A DNA stretch of 64,000 nucleotides from Escherichia coli. Its GTDB lineage: Bacteria; Pseudomonadota; Gammaproteobacteria; Enterobacterales; Enterobacteriaceae. Position numbers and translations under genes: made by a program. Positions 42,728-52,304 of this stretch are shown here, piece after piece (the first letter of the stretch is position 1; each line of letters starts with the position of its first letter). Under the pieces are notes generated by a model, which was given only the letters and a program-made list of their open reading frames with translations, was not told where the DNA came from and searched no databases. Where the stretch lies: assembly GCF_003790525.1 (NCBI RefSeq), contig NZ_CP033635.1. One strand, 5' to 3'.

Positions 42728-43678
42728 TTACAACCAGTTCTTCCGCTTAAAGTACAGATACGGTGCCAGGCCCGCGAGGATCATAAAGATAATCGCGCCA
42801 GGGTAGCCGAAGCTCCACTTCAGTTCCGGCATAAACTCAAAGTTCATCCCGTAGCTGGAAGCGACCAGCGTCGGTGGCAGGAACACCACGGATACCACCG
42901 AGAAGATTTTGATGATGCGGTTCTGCTCGATATTGATAAAGCCCATCGCCGCCTGCATCAGGAAGTTCACCTTCTGGAACAGGGATTCGTTATGCGGCAG
43001 CAGGGATTCGATATCTCGCAGGATTTCACGCGCCTGCTCCAGTTGCCCACCCGGTAAGCGTGCTTTACGTACCAGGAAGTTGAGCGCGCGCTGGGTATCC
43101 ATCAGACACAGGCGAACTTTCCAGCCGATATCTTCCAGTTCCGCCAGCGTGGAGAGCGCCTCGTCGTACTCATCGCCCTGATGCCCTTCCATAATTACCC
43201 GGCTCAACTGCTCCAGGTCACTGTAGATATTTTCAATTTCATCCGCCAACTGTTCGATTTTGGTTTCGAACAGATCCAGCAACAGCTCGTAGGCGTTACC
43301 GTCCACCATCGACTGGCTACGGGCACGCATACGATACAGACGAAAAGCGGGCAGTTCACGCTCACGCAGAGTAAACAGACGACCATCACGAATGGTAAAT
43401 GCCACAGTGGAGTTACCGGCGTGATCTTCCGCATCTTCAAAGAAGAAGAAGGAGTGAATATGCAGGCCGTCATCGTCTTCAAAGAAACGTGCCGATGCTT
43501 CGATGTCTTCCAGTTCCGGGCGGGTTGCCAGGCTCTGGCCAAGTTCAGATTGTACGCGCAGTCGCTCGTCGTCGTCCGGTTCGACAAGATCAATCCATAC
43601 TGCATTTACAAGGGGTTGTGACTCTTCGACTTCCAGCCGGGTCAGTCGGTTATTTTCCAGTTGAAATGCGCTCAGCAT
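42728..43678 (-). CDS. corA: Magnesium/cobalt/nickel transporter CorA
   Basis: The Met at 43678 ([17 protein letters not shown]...) gives 316 aa. The YGMNF signature is present near the C-terminus. Confidence 0.97.
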   Translation of the reverse strand: MLSAFQLENNRLTRLEVEESQPLVNAVWIDLVEPDDDERLRVQSELGQSLATRPELEDIEASARFFEDDDGLHIHSFFFFEDAEDHAGNSTVAFTIRDGRLFTLRERELPAFRLYRMRARSQSMVDGNAYELLLDLFETKIEQLADEIENIYSDLEQLSRVIMEGHQGDEYDEALSTLAELEDIGWKVRLCLMDTQRALNFLVRKARLPGGQLEQAREILRDIESLLPHNESLFQKVNFLMQAAMGFINIEQNRIIKIFSVVSVVFLPPTLVASSYGMNFEFMPELKWSFGYPGAIIFMILAGLAPYLYFKRKNWL

Positions 43679-44047
43679 GACCGGGACTCCCAATGCTTAA
43701 AATATCGGACAGTTCGGTGGGCACACAGAAACAAATTGGGTTTCAGACCATTAAACAGCCTGACTCAGCGCGACGGGAAAAATTGAGGTCGCTGACAACC
43801 GCTAAGGCTATCAGCAAAAAGGGATAGCCTTAGGAGTTGATCCTGGATGACAGGATAGTGAGCCAGTATCTACTGGGTGTGTCCAAGGCGAATGTCCTCT
43901 TAGAGTGATCGTGCGCGCATGTTACGCCAGCAAAATTTTGCCGTCAACACGCAACAGAACACCACAGAACAATAGTTGAACTTCGCGCTTTTTGGTACTC
44001 GTCAAGGTCGCTAACAGGATAAAAAAATCCCACATCCAGGACCTATA

Positions 44048-44812
44048 ATGGCGCATCGGCTACTCATTGGTAAAGGAATGATCACCTTGAATCTCAAACG
44101 GATTTTTCTCACCTTCACCTTACTTCCCTTGTTTGCTGTTGCCGCTGATGATTGCGCACTCTCAGATCCGACGCTGACCGTACAGGCGTATACCGTTAAT
44201 CCTCAAACAGAGCGGGTGAAAATGTACTGGCAAAAAGCCAATGGCGAAGCGTGGGGAACGTTACATGCTCTGCTGGCGGATATGAATAGTCAGGGTCAGG
44301 TGCAGATGGCGATGAACGGCGGCATCTATGATGAAAGCTATGCGCCGCTCGGTTTGTACATCGAAAACGGTCAGCAGAAGGTGGCGTTAAATCTCGCTTC
44401 AGGTGAAGGGAATTTCTTTATTCGTCCTGGCGGCGTGTTTTATGTCGCGGGAGATAAAGTCGGCATCGTTCGTCTGGATGCCTTTAAAACCAGTAAAGAG
44501 ATTCAGTTTGCAGTGCAGTCAGGGCCAATGTTATTAGAAAACGGCGTAATTAATCCACGCATTCACCCGAATGTTGCCTCGCGTAAAATTCGTAACGGTG
44601 TAGGGATTAATAAACAAGGGAACGCCGTGTTTTTGTTGAGCCAGCAGGCGACAAATTTTTATGATTTTGCCTGCTATGCCAAAGCGAAACTGAACGTTGA
44701 GCAGCTGCTTTATCTTGATGGCACAATTTCACATATGTATATGAAAGGCTGGGCAATCCCGTGGCAACACTATCCTTTTGTTACCATGATTTCCGTCGAG
44801 TGGAAAGGTTAA
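44048..44812 (+). CDS. yigE: DUF2233-family periplasmic protein YigE
   Basis: 254-aa ORF matching the K-12 YigE length, with a hydrophobic signal-like segment (IFLTFTLLPLFAVA|AD). Confidence 0.85.
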   Translation: MAHRLLIGKGMITLNLKRIFLTFTLLPLFAVAADDCALSDPTLTVQAYTVNPQTERVKMYWQKANGEAWGTLHALLADMNSQGQVQMAMNGGIYDESYAPLGLYIENGQQKVALNLASGEGNFFIRPGGVFYVAGDKVGIVRLDAFKTSKEIQFAVQSGPMLLENGVINPRIHPNVASRKIRNGVGINKQGNAVFLLSQQATNFYDFACYAKAKLNVEQLLYLDGTISHMYMKGWAIPWQHYPFVTMISVEWKG

Positions 44813-44894
44813 GCATTGTACACTCGAGGAGGCCAGACAAACTGGGACTGGCTACACAGCTGGAAAATCATCAGATAAATGAAGGGAAACAAAA

Positions 44895-45797
44895 ATGAAA
44901 AAAAGGCTCGCAACGTTATTTTTATTAACGTGTCTGGGATCATCATCCGCCTATGCGGATAACGCTTTGATTTTACAAACTGATTTTAGCCTGAAAGATG
45001 GTGCCGTCTCGGCGATGAAAGGGGTCGCATTCGGCGTTGACCATAATCTTAAAATCTTTGATTTAACACACGAAATTCCACCGTATAACATCTGGGAAGG
45101 CGCTTATCGCCTGTATCAGACTGCCAGTTACTGGCCGCAAGGTTCGGTGTTTGTTAGCGTGGTCGATCCGGGCGTAGGCACTGACCGTAAATCGGTAGTG
45201 CTGAAAACCAAAAACGGTCAATACTTCGTTTCACCAGATAACGGTACGCTCACTTTGGTGGCACAAACTCTGGGTATTGATAGCGTCCGAGAAATCGACG
45301 AAAAAGCTAACCGCCTGAAAGGTTCTGAAAAGTCATATACCTTCCACGGTCGTGACGTGTATGCCTACACCGGTGCGCGTCTGGCTTCCGGGGCGATTAC
45401 GTTCGAACAGGTGGGGCCAGAGCTTCCTGCAAAAGTTGTCGAACTTTCTTATCAGAAAGCAAAAGCAACAAAAGGTGAAGTGAAGGGCAATATCCCGATT
45501 CTCGATATTCAGTACGGCAACGTCTGGAGCAATATCAGCGACGAGTTGCTGAATCAGGCAGGAATCAAACTCAACGACACGTTGTGTGTGACCATTTCCG
45601 AAGGTTCCCAGCAAAAATACGCAGGGAAAATGCCATATGTCGCAAGCTTCGGCGATGTGCCGGAAGGCCAGCCGATGGTGTATCTGAACAGCTTATTGAA
45701 TGTTTCCGTGGCGCTGAATATGGATAATTTTGCGCAGAAACATCAGGTTGCGTCTGGTGCTGACTGGAATATTGATGTGAAGAAGTGCGCTAAGTAA
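44895..45797 (+). CDS. SAM hydroxide adenosyltransferase / SAM hydrolase family (DUF62) protein with an N-terminal Sec signal peptide
   Basis: 300 aa. The signal peptide is MKKRLATLFLLTCLGSSSAYA|DN. The mature part carries DUF62 hallmarks: LQTDFSLKDGAVSAMKGV, DLTHEIPPYNI, VDPGVGTDRK, VSPDNGTLTLV. Confidence 0.8.
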   Translation: MKKRLATLFLLTCLGSSSAYADNALILQTDFSLKDGAVSAMKGVAFGVDHNLKIFDLTHEIPPYNIWEGAYRLYQTASYWPQGSVFVSVVDPGVGTDRKSVVLKTKNGQYFVSPDNGTLTLVAQTLGIDSVREIDEKANRLKGSEKSYTFHGRDVYAYTGARLASGAITFEQVGPELPAKVVELSYQKAKATKGEVKGNIPILDIQYGNVWSNISDELLNQAGIKLNDTLCVTISEGSQQKYAGKMPYVASFGDVPEGQPMVYLNSLLNVSVALNMDNFAQKHQVASGADWNIDVKKCAK

Positions 45798-45851
45798 GGT
45801 GCTGATGCCGAATGCGGTGTGGCGCACCGCATCCTGCAACGGAGTTGTAAA

Positions 45852-48014
45852 TTACACCGTCTCCAGTCGGGCATAAGCCGCCACCAGCCATTTAATACCC
45901 TGGCCCTGGAATGCCACCTGCAAACGGCTATGCTCGCCGCTGCCTTCCATATTGACGATGGTGCCTTCACCAAACTTAGCGTGGCGTACGCGCTGGCCGA
46001 GCTTGTAGCCGCTGTCGTTCTCGACCATCGGCGTACCCATCCGTTGATGGCTGACCGGGCGGCTTACCGTAGCGCGCAGGCGCACCTCTTCCACACACTC
46101 TTCCGGCAACTCACCGATAAAGCGCGACGGGCGATGGTAAACCTCTTTGCCATACAGACGGCGAGTTTCCGCGTAGGTCAGCGTCAGTTTCTGCATCGCG
46201 CGGGTTACGCCAACGTAGGCCAGACGGCGTTCTTCTTCCAGACGTCCGCCTTCATCCAGCGACATCTGGCTTGGGAACATGCCCTCTTCCATACCAACGA
46301 TAAACACCTGCGGGAACTCCAGGCCTTTCGCCGAGTGTAGCGTCATCAACTGCACCGCGTCCTGCCAGGTATCCGCCTGCCCCTCGCCCGCTTCCAGCGC
46401 CGCATGGGAGAGGAATGCCTGCAGCGGCATTAAATCTTCGTCTTCTTCGTTGTAGCTGAACTGGCGCGTTGCCGTCACCAGTTCCTCCAGGTTTTCGATA
46501 CGCGTCTGACCTTTTTCGCCCTTCTCCTGCTCGTACATGGTGCGCAAGCCGGAGTCTTTAATTACCCGGTCAGTCTGTACATGCAGCGGCATATCGGCAG
46601 TTTCCTGCGCTAAGGCGTCGATCAGCTCCATAAACCGCTGTAAGGCACTGGCAGCACGTCCGGCGAGGGCTTTTTCCTGCAACAGTTCACGACATGCCTG
46701 CCAGAGTGTTAACTGGCGATCACGCGATGTCTGACGTACCACGTCCAGCGTCCGGTCACCAATACCCCGCGTTGGTGTATTCACCACGCGCTCAAAGGCC
46801 GCGTCGTCATTACGGTTGGCAATCAGGCGCAGATACGAGAGCGCATCTTTGATTTCCTGGCGTTCGAAGAATCGCATCCCGCCGTAAATACGGTACGGCA
46901 TACTTGCCTGTAACAGTGCTTCTTCCAGCACACGCGACTGGGCGTTGCTGCGGTAGAGAATGGCGCACTCGGCAAGCGCCCCGCCGTTGTCCTGCCAGGT
47001 TTTGATACGGTTAACCACAAAACGCGCTTCATCGAGTTCGTTAAAAGCGCAATAGAGGGAAATAGGCTCACCATCCGCGCCATCGGTCCACAGTTTTTTA
47101 CCCAAACGCCCGTTGTTGTTTTCAATCAGGGCGTTCGCGGCGCTCAGAATATTGCTGGTAGAGCGGTAGTTCTGCTCCAGACGGATAGTTTCAGCACCGG
47201 GGAAATCATTGAGGAAACGCTGAATATTCTCCACCTGCGCTCCGCGCCAGCCGTAGATTGACTGATCGTCATCGCCAACGATCATCACTTTGCCGGTATC
47301 GCCCGCCAGCAGGCGGATCCACGCATACTGAATGTTGTTGGTATCCTGGAATTCGTCCACCAGGATATTGGTAAACCGTTCGCGATAGTGCTGAAGGATA
47401 TGCGGCTTGTTAAGCCACAACTCGTGAGCACGTAGCAGCAGCTCGGCGAAGTCCACCAGCCCCGCGCGGTCACACGCTTCCTGATACGCCTGATACACCT
47501 TCTGCCAGGTCTGCTCCACCGGATTACCGTAGCTTTGAATATGATGTGGACGCAGGCCTTCATCTTTCTGGCTGTTGATGTACCACATTGCCTGGCGCGG
47601 CGGCCACTGCTTCTCGTCGAGGTTCATCGCCTTGATTAGGCGTTTGAGCAGGCGTAGCTGGTCCTCGCTGTCGAGGATCTGAAAATCCTGCGGCAGATTG
47701 GCGTCCATATGGTGCGCACGCAGCAGACGGTGCGCCAGCCCGTGGAAGGTGCCGACCCACATGCCGCCCTGGCTGGTGCCCATCAGCTGCCCGATACGAT
47801 GACGCATCTCCGCCGCCGCTTTGTTGGTAAACGTTACCGCCATAATCGAGTATGGCGAGCAGTTTTCCACGCTCATCAGCCAGGCGATACGATGCACCAG
47901 TACGCGCGTCTTACCACTGCCCGCGCCCGCCAGCACCAGAAGGTTGCTGCGTGGCGCGGCCACCGCTTCGCGCTGTTTGTCATTAAGGCTGTCGAGCAGG
48001 TAAGAAACGTCCAT
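45852..48014 (-). CDS. uvrD: DNA helicase II UvrD
   Basis: The Met at 48014 (MDVSYLLDSLNDKQREAVAAP...) gives the canonical 720 aa. The 782-aa ORF-track form runs through the LexA box into yigB. Confidence 0.97.
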   Translation of the reverse strand: MDVSYLLDSLNDKQREAVAAPRSNLLVLAGAGSGKTRVLVHRIAWLMSVENCSPYSIMAVTFTNKAAAEMRHRIGQLMGTSQGGMWVGTFHGLAHRLLRAHHMDANLPQDFQILDSEDQLRLLKRLIKAMNLDEKQWPPRQAMWYINSQKDEGLRPHHIQSYGNPVEQTWQKVYQAYQEACDRAGLVDFAELLLRAHELWLNKPHILQHYRERFTNILVDEFQDTNNIQYAWIRLLAGDTGKVMIVGDDDQSIYGWRGAQVENIQRFLNDFPGAETIRLEQNYRSTSNILSAANALIENNNGRLGKKLWTDGADGEPISLYCAFNELDEARFVVNRIKTWQDNGGALAECAILYRSNAQSRVLEEALLQASMPYRIYGGMRFFERQEIKDALSYLRLIANRNDDAAFERVVNTPTRGIGDRTLDVVRQTSRDRQLTLWQACRELLQEKALAGRAASALQRFMELIDALAQETADMPLHVQTDRVIKDSGLRTMYEQEKGEKGQTRIENLEELVTATRQFSYNEEDEDLMPLQAFLSHAALEAGEGQADTWQDAVQLMTLHSAKGLEFPQVFIVGMEEGMFPSQMSLDEGGRLEEERRLAYVGVTRAMQKLTLTYAETRRLYGKEVYHRPSRFIGELPEECVEEVRLRATVSRPVSHQRMGTPMVENDSGYKLGQRVRHAKFGEGTIVNMEGSGEHSRLQVAFQGQGIKWLVAAYARLETV

Positions 48015-48072
48015 TGGCACCGCCGCGTAAAAATAGGTTGGGCGGAGAAGCGCAACGCCCTCCGCCAAAAAG

Positions 48073-48088
48073 CTGGGTATATATACAG
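48073..48088 (-). promoter_or_regulatory. LexA (SOS) box of uvrD
   Basis: The minus strand reads CTGTATATATACCCAG, against the consensus CTGT-N8-ACAG (one mismatch). It lies about 60 nt upstream of the uvrD start. uvrD is a known SOS gene. Confidence 0.8.
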
Positions 48089-48097
48089 ATTTGCTGA

Positions 48098-48814
48098 TTA
48101 TATCAGCGAGGTCAGAGATGCCAACCGGGAAATTTCCAGATGCGGGAGTAAACGGCTGTCCCAGGTTTGCATCAGATCGCCATTTTCCGGTCTGATCCAA
48201 CAGGCCTGCATTCCGCTGCGAATTGCCCCACCCACGTCAGTGGTGAGATCGTCCCCGACATGTAAGATCTCGCCGATCGGCACGTTGAGTTTTTCCGCCG
48301 CCAGGAAGTACATATCGCTGAACGGTTTTGAGCGCCCGTGCGGGCCAGCGCGCAACACAAACTCAAAATAATCCCCTAAACCAAACAGCTCCGGCTGGGC
48401 GTTACCGTTGGTGATCGCCACCAGCGGCCATTTCTTCGCCAGCTGTTTTAAGGTGTCGTGGGTTTGCTGCGGGACATCGATTCGGCTGCGCCATTTGGCA
48501 AAGTTGATCATTGCTGCGTGTGCGCCTGCACTGGCTTCTTCGGCACTCAGCCCGGCGTCGAGCATGGCTTGTTCAATCGAACGAAAACGCCAGCGCGTCA
48601 CGTCGTGATAAATCTCGGGTTCCGCTTCCCGTACCGCCTGGCGCAGGCGTTGCAGATCTTCATTCTGGAAGCTGCGCAGCGCCGGATGATAATTTTGCAC
48701 AAAGGTAAGCGCCTCTCGCTCGGTGCGCAAAATCACCGGACGGTTATCGTAAAGGGTATCATCCAGGTCAAAGGTGAGCGCCGAGATGCGCCCCAAAGGC
48801 CGGTAAAAACGCAT
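48098..48814 (-). CDS. yigB: HAD-family 5-amino-6-(5-phospho-D-ribitylamino)uracil phosphatase YigB
   Basis: 238 aa with the HAD motif I FDLDDTLY. The start codon shares one nt with the xerC stop (TAATG). Confidence 0.94.
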
Positions 48815-49710
48815 TATTTCCCCCGTTTGGCGCGTGGATGCGCCGCATCGTACACCGAGGCAAGGTGTTGAAAATCAAGATGAGTATAGATTTGCGTGGT
48901 GGAGAGGTTGGCATGACCCAGCAGCTCCTGCACACCACGAAGATCGCCGCTCGACTCCAGCATATGCGTAGCGAACGAGTGACGTAATTTATGCGGGTGA
49001 ACGTGATTATTCAGCCCCTGTTTTATTCCCCATTCGGCAAAGCGTTTTTGCACATTACGCGCGGAGATACGCTTGCCCAGTTTCGACAGGAAAAGCGCGT
49101 CGTCTTCGCTGCCAAACAGGTCGCGCAAATCAAGCCAGTGCTCAATCCACGCCACGGCGTTACGACCAATCGGCAGGCGGCGCTCTTTGCTGCCTTTCCC
49201 CATCACCCACACTTCGCCGGACTCCAGGTCGAGGTGTTTGATATCGAGCCCCACCAGTTCGGAAAGACGCAGCCCCGCGCCGTACATCACTTCCAGCATT
49301 GCCCGATCGCGCACGGCGAGGGGATCGTTGATATCAATATCCAGCAGCCGATTCATATCATCGACGTCGATGTTTTTCGGCAGATGACGCGGCGCTTTCG
49401 GTGCCGACACACCTTTCGCCGGGTTGGCTTTGAGTTCGTTCTGGCTGACCAGCCAGTCAAAAAAGCTACGTAGCGCAGAAAGCCGTAACGCCAGACTTGC
49501 AGCTCCCAGCCCTTTACGGCGGCTGCGTACAGCGAAATTGCGCACCATCGTCACATCACATTGCTGCCAGCTTTGCAGGCCGTTTTCACTGGCAAAATTG
49601 ATGATCGCCTCAAGCTGACGCTGATAGTTAAGTAGGGTTATCGGGCTAAGCTGACGCTCCACGCTCAGATAACGTAGGTAGCGTTCTACATCGGTGTGTA
49701 AATCGGTCAT
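48814..49710 (-). CDS. xerC: Tyrosine site-specific recombinase XerC
   Basis: 298 aa starting [26 protein letters not shown], with a C-terminal [14 protein letters not shown]...[13 protein letters not shown] catalytic region. Confidence 0.97.
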
Positions 49711-50414
49711 ACGCGTTCAATCCAACGCTCCAGAAGCTCCGGCAACATCAGCGCAATTTCATGAAGTAACTGCGTTCCCTGCCCTTGTTGATAGTGACTG
49801 GCATCGCGACTGGTAAACAGCACGACACCCAAATCAGCATCGCTTCCCAGCATCGACATCGCCACCGATCCCACCGCTTTCGCTTCCGGTAGCACCACCA
49901 GAAGCTCCGGTCCGTTAAGTGGCCCCAGATAGTGCTGTTCCTGCCCCAGACGCTGAATACGCAGCGGTTCGAAAGACTGACGGCTTAATGCCAGATGAGT
50001 GTGGTTCGACGGCGCACCTAAACGCCAGCGATCCGGGAACAGGCGTAGGCTCGCACCCGCCAGGCCGAGATCGCGCGCCCAGCGGTGAAAGCGCATCAGC
50101 ATATCATCGAGACTGCTGGCGGCGGTGAGACTGCGCTGCAGGTAGAGTAGACGATAAAACAGGCCTTCGTTGGCAATAGCCTGTTCCATCAACAACGCCA
50201 TGTTCTCTTCCAGAACATGAATGTGATTACGTGCGCGGGCCATGTGCCATTCGACCAACGAAACGGTGCCGCGTACCGGATGCGGCACACGTATCGCTTC
50301 AACTGCGCGCGCATTGCGGATAAAAAACTCAGGATTTTTAATCAGATAATCGACAACCGCCCGGTCATCAAGCTCCGTGAGTGTTTCCTGCAGTTCTTCC
50401 CCTGGTTGCTTCAT
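49707..50414 (-). CDS. yigA: DUF484-family protein YigA
   Basis: 235 aa with 4-nt overlaps to both dapF (upstream) and xerC (downstream). Part of the dapF-yigA-xerC-yigB operon. Confidence 0.92.
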
Positions 50415-51235
50415 AGATGAATAAATCCGTCGTAGACATGTACCGCCGGGCCAGTCATATATAACGGGTGACCCGGACCTTTCCAGGCGATATCAAGACG
50501 ACCGCCGGGGAGTTCCACGCGTACTTCTTCGGCCAGCAAACCTTGCTGAATCCCTACCGCCACCGCCGCACATGCGCCGCTGCCGCAGGCCTGGGTTTCT
50601 CCTGCCCCACGCTCATAAACGCGTAAACGAATATGCTCGCGCTTAACCACTTGCATAAAACCGATATTGGCGCGCTCCGGGAAACGTTCGTGGCTTTCCA
50701 GAACAGGACCAAGCGTTTCTACCGCCGCGGTATCGACATCATCGACCTGAATCACGCAATGCGGATTTCCCATCGACACCACGCCGCATAAGATTGTCTG
50801 CTCGGCGGCGCGCATAATATAGGTCTTTTCCGCTTTGTTAGCGCGAAACGGCACGGCAGAAGGTTCGAAGTTGGGTTCGCCCATATTTACGCGGACCAGA
50901 TCATCATCGGTGACGGTAAGAACCATCCGCCCGTTGGCGGTGCTGACGCGGATATCGCGCTTATTGGTCAGCCCTTTCAGACGCACAAAACGGGCAAAGC
51001 AGCGTGCTCCGTTGCCGCACTGCGCCACTTCACTGCCATCAGCATTGAAAATGCGATAGTGAAAATCCAGTTCAGGATCATACGGCGGCTCAACCACCAG
51101 CAGTTGGTCAAACCCTACCCCCAGGTGCCGATCAGCCAGGCGACGAATCAGCTCCGGTGAAAAAAAGACATTCTGCGTTACCGCGTCGACGACCATAAAA
51201 TCGTTGCCAAGGCCATGCATTTTCGAGAACTGCAT
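50411..51235 (-). CDS. dapF: Diaminopimelate epimerase DapF
   Basis: [19 protein letters not shown]..., 274 aa from the second Met. The two catalytic Cys contexts are present ([22 protein letters not shown]). Confidence 0.97.
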
Positions 51236-51271
51236 CATTTACTCCAATCACGCGGGTACAGAAACTGACTT

Positions 51272-51475
51272 TTAGTAATTCACCTGGGATGGACCATCGC
51301 CAGTGGCGCGGTCGTTTTTATCCGGCACCGTGGATTGCGTTTGCGTCTCTACCGGTTTGGTCGGTGGCGGTGCGTTTTTATCTGCAGGCGGGAAATAGAG
51401 CGGACCTTTCAGACCGCAGCCCGTCAGGCTGAAGAGAGTAAGTAATACAGTGAGTGCCTTAAACACGTTTTTCAT
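51272..51475 (-). CDS. lptM: Small lipoprotein LptM (YifL)
   Basis: 67 aa. The signal peptide carries the lipobox LTGC (MKNVFKALTVLLTLFSLTG|C). Confidence 0.9.
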   Translation of the reverse strand: MKNVFKALTVLLTLFSLTGCGLKGPLYFPPADKNAPPPTKPVETQTQSTVPDKNDRATGDGPSQVNY

Positions 51476-51944
51476 TATGGATTGCCTGTAAAGTTCATCG
51501 CTTTCTGCTTTCTATCATCGCAGGAGAAGACGTAAAAGCAAGCGTTTAGCGACTCTTTATGAAGTCTGAAAAGTGAGGAAATGCTGCGAGTATAACGCTT
51601 ACACGTGGCGATTTATGTTTTGCTGGCAGTTTCGTGATCGGCACCTCGCGCCAGGATGGCTTTATGCACTATCGCAACGTGGTTTGTTTGTTGTCTTGTT
51701 CGTTGTTCTTATCGTCGGCATGGGGATGTCGGCTTTCCGCGCCTGAACATAATATTTACCAGAAACAGGGAAAAGGCGTGGTGTACCTGCGTCCTTATGA
51801 AAAGACCAATCTTTCGCTATATAGAGATATTATTATTCCGTTGACGGATGAATCATGCCGTAACGCAGCCGCAGACGGGCAAACTTTGAAGCCCTGACCC
51901 CATACCGCTATACTGCCGCCATCACTTAAAAACAGGATACAACA

Positions 51945-52265
51945 ATGAACGACAGTGAATTTCATCGCCTGGCTGATCAACTGTGGCTGACCATTGAAGA
52001 GCGTCTGGACGACTGGGATGGCGATAGCGATATCGACTGCGAAATCAACGGCGGCGTGCTGACCATTACCTTTGAAAACGGGAGCAAAATCATTATCAAC
52101 CGCCAGGAACCGCTGCACCAGGTATGGCTGGCAACCAAACAGGGCGGCTACCATTTTGATATGAAAGGCGATGAGTGGATTTGCGATCGTAGCGGCGAAA
52201 CCTTCTGGGATTTGCTGGAACAGGCGGCAACGCAGCAAGCGGGTGAAACAGTCAGTTTCCGCTAA
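51945..52265 (+). CDS. cyaY: Frataxin homologue CyaY
   Basis: 106 aa starting [33 protein letters not shown]. Confidence 0.97.
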   Translation: MNDSEFHRLADQLWLTIEERLDDWDGDSDIDCEINGGVLTITFENGSKIIINRQEPLHQVWLATKQGGYHFDMKGDEWICDRSGETFWDLLEQAATQQAGETVSFR

Positions 52266-52304
52266 GATTGCATGCCGGATAAGCCTCGCTTTCCGGCACG
52301 CTCA

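Noticed and set aside
48015-48200. N-terminal extension of uvrD to 782 aa in the ORF track
   Set aside because: The extension would read through the uvrD LexA box (48073-48088) and overlap the yigB 3' end. The Met at 48014 gives the canonical 720-aa helicase beginning MDVSYLLDSLNDKQREAV.
45819-48371. Plus-strand ORFs of 173 aa (45819-46340) and 220 aa (47709-48371) opposite uvrD/yigB
   Set aside because: They are antisense to uvrD and yigB, Arg/His-rich, without an RBS, and they span a gene boundary. I treat them as spurious.
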